Below are positions 35,631 through 45,623 of a stretch of DNA of 64,000 nucleotides, piece after piece (positions within the stretch are counted from its first letter, which is position 1; each line of letters starts with the position of its first letter). The position numbers were made by a program, and so were the translations under genes. The notes below the pieces were generated by a model that saw only the letters and a program-made list of their open reading frames with translations, was not told the origin of the DNA and did no database searches. The DNA is from Planctomycetota bacterium (GTDB taxonomy: Bacteria; Planctomycetota; UBA11346): NCBI GenBank assembly GCA_038231435.1, contig JBBRLJ010000030.1, positions 1 through 64,000 on the forward strand, in the 5' to 3' direction.

Positions 35631-36764
35631 GTGCCCGACACCAAGGAACGTCTGCGTGAACTCGAGCGCAAGCTCGGCGAATTCTCGGGCCTGCTCTCGA
35701 TCGACGCGAAGCTGGCCGAGATCGCCAAGCTCGAGGCGCGCATGTCCGAGCCCGATTTCTGGAACGACCAGGCACGGGCGAAGGGACTGGTCGCGACCTC
35801 CAAGGGTCTGAAGGCTATCGCGGATCCGCACCAGGAGCTGACCCGCGGGGTCAAGGATGCGCTCGAGCTCCTGCAGATGGCCAAGGACGAGGGCGACGCG
35901 CGCACCCTCGCCGACGTCGATGCCGAGATCGGCCGGCTCGAGCAGGCCTACAGCGCGCTCGAGCTCAAGCTGGCGCTGTCGGGCAAATACGATCGCAGCG
36001 ACGTGTTCATGACCATCCATCCCGGCGCGGGCGGCACCGAGAGCTGCGACTGGGCCGAGATGCTCTTCCGCATGTACTCCAATTACTGCACCAAGGTCGG
36101 CTGGCGCTGCGAGGTATTGGAGATGCTCCCCGGCGACGGCGCTGGCCTCAAGAGCTGCACGCTGGCGATCAGCGGCGAGAACGTCTATGGCTACCTGAAG
36201 AGCGAGATGGGCACCCATCGCCTGGTGCGCATCTCGCCCTTCGATTCCAACGCTCGCCGCCACACCAGCTTCACCGCGGTCGAGGTGACGCCCGAAGTCG
36301 ACGAGGTCGGCGACGTGACTTTGGACGAGAAGGACCTACGCATCGACACCTACCGCGCCAGCGGCGCCGGCGGACAGCACGTCAACAAGACCGACTCCGC
36401 GGTGCGCATCACCCATGTCCCGAGCGGATTGTTCGTTGCCTGCCAGGCTGAGAGAAGCCAGGTGCAGAACCGCATGACCGCGATGCGCATGCTCACCGCC
36501 AAGATGCAGCAGGTGAAGGAATCCGAGCGCCTCGAGGAGCTCGCCGACCTCAAGGGCCAGCGCGGCACCATCGGCTGGGGCCACCAGATCCGCTCCTACG
36601 TGATGATGCCCTACCAGATGGTGAAGGACCTGCGCACGCGCCACGAGACCAGCCAGATCCAGAACGTGCTCGACGGCGACATCCAACCGTTCATCGATGA
36701 ATACCTGCGCTGGCGCCTCGGTGGCAGCAAGGACATGCGCGGTTCTGGCGACGACGAGGAGTGA
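35631..36764 (+). CDS. prfB: Peptide chain release factor 2 (single ORF, no programmed frameshift)
   Basis: GAGGTESCDWA, SPF recognition tripeptide, GGQ, WGHQIRSYV; GTG start with AAGGA RBS. Confidence 0.95.
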   Translation: MPDTKERLRELERKLGEFSGLLSIDAKLAEIAKLEARMSEPDFWNDQARAKGLVATSKGLKAIADPHQELTRGVKDALELLQMAKDEGDARTLADVDAEIGRLEQAYSALELKLALSGKYDRSDVFMTIHPGAGGTESCDWAEMLFRMYSNYCTKVGWRCEVLEMLPGDGAGLKSCTLAISGENVYGYLKSEMGTHRLVRISPFDSNARRHTSFTAVEVTPEVDEVGDVTLDEKDLRIDTYRASGAGGQHVNKTDSAVRITHVPSGLFVACQAERSQVQNRMTAMRMLTAKMQQVKESERLEELADLKGQRGTIGWGHQIRSYVMMPYQMVKDLRTRHETSQIQNVLDGDIQPFIDEYLRWRLGGSKDMRGSGDDEE

Positions 36765-37084
36765 CGGCGGCGGGCGCCGCCGCGTCCTCGCTGATCGATG
36801 CGGCGGCGCGCTGACGCCACGGTGCTTGGCCGTGGCGAGGATGGGTGCGCTCCTTCCCAGTGCAGGTCAGCACCGGCGGACCCACGCACTCGGCAAGGCC
36901 GTTGAACCGGCACGTATCGGAAGGCCTAGGCGCTGCCGAAGCGTGGCCGAGGTGTTGGGACGAGCGCCATGGATGAGTTGGCCGCCAGACACGCCCACCT
37001 CGCCGGCCGCAGTGTCGGCGTAACCACATCGCGATTCGTAGGGGTAATCCTTGGTAGCAGTTCCTCGAACACCTATCGTTCCGC

Positions 37085-38365
37085 ATGCTCGCAATGCTAC
37101 GCGCCTCATTCCTATCCATCGCGGTGATGCTCCTGATCGGGTGCGCTTCGCCGCACGCTCATGCAGCATCGTGGAGCAACGGTCCGGATCTCCCTGATCC
37201 GATCGGAAGCGGACCGCAAGCGCTCTTGATGGGCAATGGCCGGGTGCTCGCCGTCGCGAGCGACGGGATGGGAGGGTATTTTTCTGCGGAGCTTCATACC
37301 GGAGCTTCTGGGCTGGCTTGGACGCGGATCCCGATCGCGCCAGGCACGGAACCGTCTCCCACCCAGACGTCTCCGGCGCTGGTCCTGCTCGCGGATGGAC
37401 GGGTGCTCATGGCCGGGGGAGTGAACACGGCCGTTGCCGCCACGGCGCAGGTCATGGTCTATGATCCGGCCGGTCGTGCATGGGATTCGGCCAACAGTAT
37501 GTCGACTCCGAGGGCGAACCATGCGCTGGTCCGCTTGGCGGATGGTCGGGTATTGGTGATAGGCGGAGATGTCTCGACGTTGAATGGCCCTCGGACGCTC
37601 ACGGCGGGGTGCGAGATCTACGATCCGTCACTCGACACCTGGTCAGCGACAGGTGCGTTGACTGTTCCGCGCGCGAATCATGCGGCCATCCTGCTTCCAG
37701 ACGGCCACGTGCTGGTTTCGGGCGGCGTCACCGGGAGCGGCGTACTCATCAGCACGGTATCCGGATGTGAACGATTCGATCCAGCTTCCGGAACGTGGAG
37801 CTCCGTCGGGGCGATGGCACTCGATCGTTCGGGACACACGCTGACGCTGCTTCCCGATGGCGGAGCGCTAGCCGTTGGCGGGTATTCCCAGCCGAACTTG
37901 GGCAGCAATCCGGTGTCGACGGCGGAATGCGAACGCTTCTCCGCACTTTCCGGGACATGGACCGTCACCGCCTCCATGTCTATCGACCGATCCTATCACG
38001 GCGCCATGGTGCTTGGCGATGGGCGCATCCTGGTGGCCGGGGGATATTCATCGACCTTGTCTGGCCCCTTGTCGGCGTGCGAGATATTCGATCCCATCTC
38101 CTCGACGTGGACCGTTGGTCCGTCGATGTCTGATCCACGAACCGGACCCGCACTGGTGCGGATCGGAGACGGCCGCGCGATGGCTATCGGTGGAAGCGGT
38201 ACGGTCTCGCGTCAACCATCGACGGAGGTATTCACGCAGGTGTCATCGGGACGGGGGAAGAACTACTTCTGCGGCGTCGGCGGAGGCAGCTCGAGCATCC
38301 TCATCGGCCTTCCACTTTGGCTCATCCGCCGACGCGGCAGATTCCTCGCGGCCTCCGGACGCTGA
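37085..38365 (+). CDS. Kelch-repeat beta-propeller exported protein with C-terminal sorting-signal-like tail
   Basis: About six repeats of L.DGRVL..GG...E.YDP....W; N-terminal signal (LLIGC); C-terminal CGVGGG-hydrophobic-RRRGR. Confidence 0.85.
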   Translation: MLAMLRASFLSIAVMLLIGCASPHAHAASWSNGPDLPDPIGSGPQALLMGNGRVLAVASDGMGGYFSAELHTGASGLAWTRIPIAPGTEPSPTQTSPALVLLADGRVLMAGGVNTAVAATAQVMVYDPAGRAWDSANSMSTPRANHALVRLADGRVLVIGGDVSTLNGPRTLTAGCEIYDPSLDTWSATGALTVPRANHAAILLPDGHVLVSGGVTGSGVLISTVSGCERFDPASGTWSSVGAMALDRSGHTLTLLPDGGALAVGGYSQPNLGSNPVSTAECERFSALSGTWTVTASMSIDRSYHGAMVLGDGRILVAGGYSSTLSGPLSACEIFDPISSTWTVGPSMSDPRTGPALVRIGDGRAMAIGGSGTVSRQPSTEVFTQVSSGRGKNYFCGVGGGSSSILIGLPLWLIRRRGRFLAASGR

Positions 38366-38377
38366 TGCGGATCGTAC

Positions 38378-39259
38378 TCAGAAGTTCCAGGTCACCGCGA
38401 TCGACTTCTCATCTGGCCCGAAGACCGGGCTGATGGTGAGGTCGTGCTTCGAACGGTGCAGGTATTCGACGGCGGTGGCCGAGAAATAGCCCAGCACCGC
38501 GCCGGTGAACGCGTCGGAGGCCCAGTGTGCGTCGTCGTTCATGCGCGATAACCCAACGCCGGTGGCCAGGGTGTAGGCGAGCAGCGGGATCCCCGGAACC
38601 GCCTTCCATTCATCCGCGACGATGGTCGCGAACGCGAAAGCGGCGGTGGTGTGTCCCGAGGGGAACGAGTGATTGCCGTGGCCCTTGGGCCCGCCCCACG
38701 CATCGCGTCCGGCGCCGGTGTCGGGACGAGGACGGCTGGTGAGCAGCTGCAGGCCTTCGTAGCCGAGGCCGGCGAAGATCATGCTCTCGCCGCCGAGCAG
38801 CGCGGTGCGCTTCACGCGTTCGTCATCGACGAAGGGCGAGGCGATCGCGAAGCCGACCAGGCCGATGGCCACGTACTCGCGGCCGAACGGCTTCACCAGC
38901 TTGGCGACGCGGTTGGTCGTCTGGCTGCGCCGGCGCTGCATCCAGCCTTGGATGCGCTCGTCCTCGGCGTACAGGGCGATGCCGACACCCGCGACCGCCG
39001 CGGCCTCGCCCCATTCGCTCGCCGACCAGCGCGCGGGCGCAGTGACGATGCGGCCGGCGTCGCCGGGGATGCTGCTGAAGAAGTGCGCGTTCCAACCCAC
39101 GTCGTCGCTGGAGTCGGAGGGATCGGATCCATGCATCCGCGGAGTCTCGTCCAGCGACCGTCGTGCGCTGGCACTTTCCGCGTCGACGGCGAAAACGGTG
39201 GTGGGAGCGATGGCAACAGCCAGCAGCGCACAAGCGGCGCAGGCGCGGATCTGGGACAT
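38378..39259 (-). CDS. PAP2-family phosphatase
   Basis: RPRP, SFPSGHT and SRMNDDAHWASD motifs; N-terminal signal. Confidence 0.88.
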   Translation of the reverse strand: MSQIRACAACALLAVAIAPTTVFAVDAESASARRSLDETPRMHGSDPSDSSDDVGWNAHFFSSIPGDAGRIVTAPARWSASEWGEAAAVAGVGIALYAEDERIQGWMQRRRSQTTNRVAKLVKPFGREYVAIGLVGFAIASPFVDDERVKRTALLGGESMIFAGLGYEGLQLLTSRPRPDTGAGRDAWGGPKGHGNHSFPSGHTTAAFAFATIVADEWKAVPGIPLLAYTLATGVGLSRMNDDAHWASDAFTGAVLGYFSATAVEYLHRSKHDLTISPVFGPDEKSIAVTWNF

Positions 39260-39417
39260 GGTCACCCGGGAACGAGGTACGAGGAATTCGAGGGGGAAGC
39301 GGGGCGGCAGCATCGGCTCACCGTGATGCGGTGGAAGGGGCAGGTGGCACCGAGCGTCGCGCCATCGGCGGGGTCGTGTGTTACTCGCGGCGACAGGTGC
39401 CTGGATTGACCAGCGGT

Positions 39418-39434
39418 TCTCATCATCGTCTCAT
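39418..39434. promoter_or_regulatory. Candidate OmpR-family binding box (TCTCAT-N5-TCTCAT)
   Basis: Direct repeat with 11-bp period in the divergent promoter between the PAP2 gene and the PepSY-RR-HK operon. Confidence 0.45.
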
Positions 39435-39496
39435 GCGGGCCTGGTAGAAGACTGTCATACCACGGGTCATCGCACCCGCATCCAAACGGAGGTTTC

Positions 39497-39868
39497 ATGT
39501 CGTTCAGTTCATTCCCCGTCCGCACCCTCGCCACCGCGCTGCTGTGTGGAGGTCTCCTCGCCTCGAGCGCCTTCGCCGAGGAAAAGGACGAGAAGCTCAC
39601 CGAGGCCCAGCTCCCCGCCGCTGTGAAGGCGACGCTCGTCAAGGAAGCCAAAGGCGCCGTGCTCAGCGAGTTCGAGAAGGAGACCAAGAAGGGCAAGTCC
39701 GTCTACACCGCCGAGATCCCCGGCACCGATGCCGGCACCGTCATCGAGCTCACCGTCGCCGAGGACGGCACCTTCATCGGCAAGGAGACCGAGAAGCAGG
39801 ACGCCGACGAGAAGGATGAAAAGGGTGAGAAAAAGGGCGAGAAGAAGGACGAGAAGGGCGAGCACTGA
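39497..39868 (+). CDS. Periplasmic PepSY-like protein
   Basis: Signal peptide (SAFA), QLPAAVKATL, YTAEI, ELTVAEDGT; acidic tail; RBS GGAGG. Confidence 0.75.
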   Translation: MSFSSFPVRTLATALLCGGLLASSAFAEEKDEKLTEAQLPAAVKATLVKEAKGAVLSEFEKETKKGKSVYTAEIPGTDAGTVIELTVAEDGTFIGKETEKQDADEKDEKGEKKGEKKDEKGEH

Positions 39869-39944
39869 GATCAGACGGCAGCCCGGCACGCACCGCGAGG
39901 TCGTGCCGGGCCGCCATCCTCTTGTTCAACGTCGGACCATAGTC

Positions 39945-40619
39945 ATGCGCGCCCTCATAGTCGAAGATTACGCGCCGCAGCGTGCGGCGCTGACGCTGGG
40001 CCTCAAGGACGCCGGTTGGGCCGTCGATGCCAGCGGAGACGGAAACGAAGGGCTGTGGTTCGCCCGCTCGCATCCCTACGACCTCATCGTCCTCGATCTG
40101 ATGCTTCCCGGCCTGGATGGATTCTCGATCCTCGAAACCTTGCGCGCTGAAGGGCGGACCACGCCGGTCCTGATCCTCACCGCGAAGGACGCGGTCGCCG
40201 ATCGCGTCCGCGGGCTCGATCTCGGCGCCGACGACTACCTGGTCAAACCCTTCGCCTTCGATGAATTCCTCGCTCGCGTGCGCGCACTCTCGCGGCGCGG
40301 TTCCCAGGACACCAGCGCGATCGTGCAGGTCGAGGACCTGCGCATCGACACCGCTTCGCGCAAGGTCAGGCGCGGCGACGACGATATCGACCTGTCGGCG
40401 CGAGAATACGCGCTGCTGCTGTACCTCGCCCGGCGCGCCGGGCAGCTGGTCACGCGCCAAGACATCTGGGAGCACACCTACGACTTCGCCTCGGACACCA
40501 ACAGCAACGTCGTCGACGTCTACATCGGCTACCTGCGTCGCAAGATCGAGCGCGACGGAGCGAAGCGGCTGATCCACACCAAGCGTGGCCATGGCTACCT
40601 GCTCGGCGGCGACGGATGA
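39945..40619 (+). CDS. OmpR-family response regulator
   Basis: IVED, LDLMLPGLDG, GADDYLVKPF, SNVVDVYIGYLRRKI, IHTKRGHGY. Confidence 0.93.
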   Translation: MRALIVEDYAPQRAALTLGLKDAGWAVDASGDGNEGLWFARSHPYDLIVLDLMLPGLDGFSILETLRAEGRTTPVLILTAKDAVADRVRGLDLGADDYLVKPFAFDEFLARVRALSRRGSQDTSAIVQVEDLRIDTASRKVRRGDDDIDLSAREYALLLYLARRAGQLVTRQDIWEHTYDFASDTNSNVVDVYIGYLRRKIERDGAKRLIHTKRGHGYLLGGDG

Positions 40620-42010
40620 TGACCATCCGCCGCCGCGTGCTGGTCGCCAGTACCGCCACCGCGATCGCTTCGCTCGCCATCGCGAGCATCGCCATCTATC
40701 TGCTGGTCCGCGCCTCGATGGTGGCCGAGTTCGATGCCGGACTCGCCGCCAGGGCGCAGGTGCTGGCGGCGCTGGTCGAGTTCGACGACGAGAGCGGCGA
40801 GTACGAATTCCATGCTCCCGATGCGAGTGCCGACGACGTCGCCTACCAGATCCGTTCCCAGCAGGGCCGGGTGATCGCGAGTCAGGGCGACGCGCCGTTG
40901 CTCGCCGCCTTGGCCGTGGCGATACCCCAGTCGCCGCACGCCCAGGCGCGGCAGATGGCGAACGGCAGGCGGATCCGCGTCCTGGCGATGGCCGGACACG
41001 TGAAGTTGGAGGGGGAGCATCATGCGGCGGCGGATCATCAGGATCTGGTCGTCGAGGTGGTCCATGACACCCGTCTGCTCGACCGTGATCTGTGGCGCCT
41101 AGCGCTGGTGCTGATCGGGGTGGCGAGTGGCATCAGCATCGCTTCCGGCCTTGCGCTCTCGGTCGCCTTGAAGGCCGCCCTGCGCCCACTCGCGCGGCTC
41201 GCCACGGATATCGCCGCGCTCGATGGCAAGTCGCTCGATCGGCGTATCGATGGATCGATGGCGCCCGGCGAACTGCTGCCGATCGTCGGCCGTCTGAACG
41301 ATCTCCTCGCGCGCATCGAGAACGACGTGCGGAAGGAGAAATCGTTCAACGCGGCGATAGCCCATGAGCTGCGCACTCCGCTCGGCGGGCTGAGATCCAC
41401 GCTCGAGGTCAACCTCGGGCGCGAGGGGAATGCCGTCGACTACCGTCAGGCGCTCCTCACCTGCCACGGCATCTGCCTGGACATGAACGTCATGGTCGAA
41501 CGCCTGCTCATGCTGTCTAAGGCGGAGGCAGGCCAGATCCTGGCGGCCTTGGCCGACACCGATCTCGCCGCCATCGCGCGCGATTGCTGGAACGAAGCGA
41601 GGGAGAAGGCGCGGCTGCGCGCGGCGCGGATCGAGGGCTCGTGGAGCGAGCCGGTGGTGGCGCACAGCGATCCGGCCCTGGTGCGCATCGTGCTGTCGAA
41701 CCTGGTGGACAACGCCCTGAGCCACGGTGCCGAGGGCGGCGTCATCAAGATCGAGGTCGCCGCGCGAGGAGACAGCGCGATCGTGCGCATGGGCAACGCG
41801 GCGCCCGGTCTGACCGCGGAGCAGGCGACGCATGCCTTCGACCGGTTCTGGCGGGCAGATCAGGCGCGCACCCAGACCGGCGAGCACTACGGACTCGGCA
41901 TGGCGCTCTGCCGCGATCTGATCGCGATCCTCGGCGGCACGATCACCGCCGGCTGCGAAGCGGGATGGTTCCAGGTCGAGATGGTGCTGCCGCGGCGATC
42001 TTCGACCTGA
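40616..42010 (+). CDS. Membrane sensor histidine kinase (CusS/QseC-like architecture)
   Basis: Two TMs, HAMP, AHELRTPL, NLVDNALSH, FDRFWRAD, GLGMA. Confidence 0.92.
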   Translation: MMTIRRRVLVASTATAIASLAIASIAIYLLVRASMVAEFDAGLAARAQVLAALVEFDDESGEYEFHAPDASADDVAYQIRSQQGRVIASQGDAPLLAALAVAIPQSPHAQARQMANGRRIRVLAMAGHVKLEGEHHAAADHQDLVVEVVHDTRLLDRDLWRLALVLIGVASGISIASGLALSVALKAALRPLARLATDIAALDGKSLDRRIDGSMAPGELLPIVGRLNDLLARIENDVRKEKSFNAAIAHELRTPLGGLRSTLEVNLGREGNAVDYRQALLTCHGICLDMNVMVERLLMLSKAEAGQILAALADTDLAAIARDCWNEAREKARLRAARIEGSWSEPVVAHSDPALVRIVLSNLVDNALSHGAEGGVIKIEVAARGDSAIVRMGNAAPGLTAEQATHAFDRFWRADQARTQTGEHYGLGMALCRDLIAILGGTITAGCEAGWFQVEMVLPRRSST

Positions 42011-42054
42011 GCACGCCGCCGCGCGAGCCGCGTCCGTGGCCGTTACGACGCACG

Positions 42055-42897
42055 CTATCGCGCGAGCCACTCCGCGATCGCGGCGACCTGGGTGAACCCA
42101 TCGGCGACGAAGAGCACCGGCTGTCGGCTCGTAGGATCGTACGCCAAGCGAGTCATGGCATCGAGATCAAACCGCCTGAGCTCGGGACCGTCGGCGAAGC
42201 CGGCGAGCTCGTCCGCGCCAGAGAGCAATCCCGCGCCGTACGCCTTGAGCGCTCCACCTTCGCGCACCAGGCCGAATTCGAGCGTGTACCAGTAGACCCG
42301 CTCGAGTTCGACCATGCGCGCGTCGTCGGCGCGCACCGCGGCCAGCCCGAACGCACGGTTGAGGGCGGCGTAGACCGGATCGACGAAGGTCGCGGCATGG
42401 CCGATCAGCTCGTGCACCACGTCCGGCTCGGGGGTGTACAGCGGGCGGCTGTGGTGGCGGATGTACTGGGTGGACAGGAACACGTCCATGCCGAGGTATT
42501 CGAGGAAGCGTCTGGCCGAGACCAGGCCCGCAATCGGGGCCATGCGGAATCCGCTCACCGGCTGGATGCGCTGGTTGATCTCGCGCAGTTGCGGAATGCG
42601 CTCGTGGTCGATCCGCAGCGCGGCTGCGCAAGCGAGGTACTCGGCACAGGCGAACCGCTCGTGCAGGGGCGACAGATGCCGCCAGATCGCGCTCCACACT
42701 CCATGCTCCTCCTCCGTATAGGGCGCGTCGAGAACCTCGCCCTGGGCCCGATGTCCGAGCGCCAGCGCGGCGATGAGGTTGCGGCGTTGACGGTATTCCC
42801 GATCACGGAAGCCCGGGTGGTCTGGGTCGAGCACCACCAGGTCTCCGAGTCCGCCTGCGTGCGGCAAGTCCGTGCGACCAGTTCGCGGTGCGCTCAT
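42055..42897 (-). CDS. phhA: Phenylalanine 4-monooxygenase (biopterin-dependent aromatic amino acid hydroxylase)
   Basis: LDPDHPGF.D..YRQRR, TQYIRH...PLYTPEPDVVHELIGH, YWYTLEFGL, KAYGAGLLS. Confidence 0.88.
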   Translation of the reverse strand: MSAPRTGRTDLPHAGGLGDLVVLDPDHPGFRDREYRQRRNLIAALALGHRAQGEVLDAPYTEEEHGVWSAIWRHLSPLHERFACAEYLACAAALRIDHERIPQLREINQRIQPVSGFRMAPIAGLVSARRFLEYLGMDVFLSTQYIRHHSRPLYTPEPDVVHELIGHAATFVDPVYAALNRAFGLAAVRADDARMVELERVYWYTLEFGLVREGGALKAYGAGLLSGADELAGFADGPELRRFDLDAMTRLAYDPTSRQPVLFVADGFTQVAAIAEWLAR

Positions 42898-42955
42898 GCC
42901 GCCCTCATCGATGCTCGACGTGTCCAGGCGGGATGAGCCCATGCTGAATCAGATT

Positions 42956-42971
42956 AGCAACCGGCGTGCCA
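42956..42971 (-). promoter_or_regulatory. Sigma-54 (-24/-12) promoter of phhA
   Basis: Minus strand reads TGGCACG-CCGG-TTGCT, a perfect match to TGGCACG-N4-TTGC(A/T), about 60 nt upstream of the start. Confidence 0.75.
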
Positions 42972-43104
42972 GGGCCAGCCAGACAGCGCATCCACAAGAT
43001 TATACAAACTTCCACCATGGGGACCGTACGACATTGCGGGGAAAACCTGAGCTTTCAGGATCAGGCCAACTGACCGACTACACCGGAACGCGAGATCGAG
43101 ACCG

Positions 43105-44844
43105 ATGCCGAAGTCCAAGGCTCCTGATGTGACCTCTATATTGCCAAAGGCGCCGACCGGCATGAGCGGGTTCGATGACCTTACCGGAGGGGGCCTGCCG
43201 CGCGGCAGGCCCTCGCTGGTGTGCGGCGCCGCTGGCTGCGGTAAGACGCTCTTTGCCATGCAGTTCCTGGTCAACGGGGCGCGTGACCAGCGCGAGCCGG
43301 GAGTGTATTTCGCCTTCGAGGAGACCGCCGAGGAGTTGGCGATGAACGTCGCCTCGATCGGTTACGACATCGCCGGGCTGGTCGGGAAGAAGCAACTGAT
43401 CGTCGATCACGTGCGCATCGAGCGTAGTGAGATCACCGAGACCGGCGAGTTCGACCTCGAGGGTCTGTTCATCCGCCTCGGGCATGCGATCGACGAGATC
43501 GGGGCCAAGCGGGTGGTCCTCGACACCCTCGAGGTGTTGTTCAGTGCGCTGCCCAACGAAGCCATCGTCCGCGCCGAACTGCGCCGCCTGTTCCGCTGGC
43601 TGAAAGACCGGCAAGTGACCGCGGTGATCACCGCCGAACGCGGCAGCGGCACGCTCACGCGCTACGGCATCGAGGAATACGTCTCGGATTGCGTGGTGAT
43701 GCTCGACCACCGCGTCACCGAGGAGATCTCGACGCGGCGGTTGCGCATCGTGAAATACCGCGGTTCTGCCCACGCCACCAACGAGTTTCCGTTCCTGATC
43801 GACGCGCACGGCTTCTCGGTGCTGCCGATCACCTCCATTGGCCTCGATCATGGTGCCCCGACCGATCGGGCATCGACGGGGATCCCGCGGCTCGACACCA
43901 TGATGGGCGGGAAAGGATATTTTCGAGGCAGCAGCATTCTCATTTCAGGCACCGCGGGCACCGGCAAGAGCAGCCTGGCCTCGTGGATCGCCGCCGCGGC
44001 TAGCAGGCGCGGCGAGCGCTGCTTGTATTTCGCCTTCGAGGAATCACAGGACCAGATCGTGCGCAACATGCGCTCGATCGGCAACGACCTCGCGCCGCTG
44101 ATCGACGGAGGGAAGCTGCGCATCCACGCCGCGCGTTCCTCGGTGCACGGGCTCGAGATGCATCTGGTGACCATGATCGCCGAGATCGAGCGCTTCAAGC
44201 CGAGCATGGTGGTGCTCGATCCCATCTCGAATTTCATCGCCGCGGGAACCACCAACGAGGTGAAGGCGATGCTCACCCGGTTGATCGATCTGCTCAAGGA
44301 CAGTGACATCACCGGCGTATTCACCAGCCTGACCTTTGGCGGCAGCGCGCTCGAGCAGACCGAGACCACCATCTCGTCGCTGATGGACGCCTGGATCCTG
44401 GTACGCATGTACGAGACCGACGGCGAGCGCAACCGCGGCTTGGTGATCCTGAAATCCCGTGGCATGCCCCACTCCAACCAGGTGCGCGAGTTCATCCTCG
44501 ACGGCACGGGCATCAACCTGATAGACGTCTACCTGGGCGCCGAGGGCGTGCTGATGGGCTCCGCGCGGGTCGCCCGCGAGGCGCGAGAGTCGGCATCGGT
44601 GCTGTCCGCCGAGGAACAGGAGACCCGGAGACGGCGCGTAGTGGAGCGCAAACGCGCCGCCATTGAGGCGCGGATCGAACTGTTGCACGCCGAACTCGAG
44701 TCCGAACACGACGACGTCCAGCACGGCGATGTCATCGAGCGTTCGCGCACCGCGGCAGCGGGCGAGGCGCGCTCGCGCATGGCGTCCATGCGCAGTGCCG
44801 ACGCGGCGGACCCTGGCCTGGCCCCACCCAGGAGGCGTCGGTGA
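43105..44844 (+). CDS. kaiC: Circadian clock protein KaiC homolog (double RecA-like domain)
   Basis: Two Walker A motifs ([16 protein letters not shown]), FEE motifs, IVKYRGS, ILKSRGM; phosphosite region ISSLMD. Confidence 0.93.
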   Translation: MPKSKAPDVTSILPKAPTGMSGFDDLTGGGLPRGRPSLVCGAAGCGKTLFAMQFLVNGARDQREPGVYFAFEETAEELAMNVASIGYDIAGLVGKKQLIVDHVRIERSEITETGEFDLEGLFIRLGHAIDEIGAKRVVLDTLEVLFSALPNEAIVRAELRRLFRWLKDRQVTAVITAERGSGTLTRYGIEEYVSDCVVMLDHRVTEEISTRRLRIVKYRGSAHATNEFPFLIDAHGFSVLPITSIGLDHGAPTDRASTGIPRLDTMMGGKGYFRGSSILISGTAGTGKSSLASWIAAAASRRGERCLYFAFEESQDQIVRNMRSIGNDLAPLIDGGKLRIHAARSSVHGLEMHLVTMIAEIERFKPSMVVLDPISNFIAAGTTNEVKAMLTRLIDLLKDSDITGVFTSLTFGGSALEQTETTISSLMDAWILVRMYETDGERNRGLVILKSRGMPHSNQVREFILDGTGINLIDVYLGAEGVLMGSARVAREARESASVLSAEEQETRRRRVVERKRAAIEARIELLHAELESEHDDVQHGDVIERSRTAAAGEARSRMASMRSADAADPGLAPPRRRR

Positions 44845-45173
44845 CTCCCGTGGCCAAGCGGATGCCCGCTGCGCGCAAGAAGCTGCAAGGCCCCGCAGCC
44901 TGGGAGATGCGGCTGTACGTGGCGGGACAGACCGCGAGGTCGGTCACCGCGTTCGCGAACCTCAAGAAGATCTGCGAGGAGCACCTCGCGGGCGAGTACA
45001 GTATCGAGGTCATCGATCTGCTGGTGAATCCGCGCTTGGCGAAGGGTGACCAGATCCTCGCCATCCCCACCCTGGTGAGGCGCCTGCCGGAGCCTGTGCG
45101 CAATATCATAGGCGATCTCTCGAACACCGAGGCCGTGCTCGTCGGTCTCGACATGCGTCCGCGAAAACCGTAG
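44841..45173 (+). CDS. kaiB: KaiB homolog
   Basis: [38 protein letters not shown]. Confidence 0.92.
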   Translation: MTPVAKRMPAARKKLQGPAAWEMRLYVAGQTARSVTAFANLKKICEEHLAGEYSIEVIDLLVNPRLAKGDQILAIPTLVRRLPEPVRNIIGDLSNTEAVLVGLDMRPRKP

Positions 45174-45205
45174 GTTCACGCCCCACGCGGGGGAGGATCG
45201 GGGAC

Positions 45206-45556
45206 ATGGCCAAGCCGATCAGGAGCGCGCGCGGGAGGTCCCGTGCCTCGCCTGCGTCTACTTTCGAACAAGGTGTCGCCCAGCGCGTTCATGTGTTCAC
45301 GCTCTACGTCGCCGGTCTGGGCGAGGTCTCGCGTCGTGCGGTCGAGAACGTACGGAAGGTATGCGAAGCCCGGCTGCACGGCCGCTTCACGCTCGATGTG
45401 GTCGATGTTTATCAGCATCCAGACATCGCCAAACGCGACGACATCGTGGCGCTGCCGTCCCTGGTGAGATCCTCGCCAGCGCCGCGGCGCGTGCTCATCG
45501 GGGACATGTCAAACCTTCAGCATGTCCTGATTGGGTTACAACTTCCGGAACCGTAA
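45206..45556 (+). CDS. kaiB: Second KaiB homolog
   Basis: LYVAG....SRRAVEN, DVYQHP, IVALPSLVRSSPAPRRVLIGDMS. Confidence 0.85.
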   Translation: MAKPIRSARGRSRASPASTFEQGVAQRVHVFTLYVAGLGEVSRRAVENVRKVCEARLHGRFTLDVVDVYQHPDIAKRDDIVALPSLVRSSPAPRRVLIGDMSNLQHVLIGLQLPEP

Positions 45557-45623
45557 ACCATCCGTCATGACGGCCGGGAACGGAATGGGCAGACACCAGG
45601 AGCGCCGGGTGGAGGAGGGTCGG

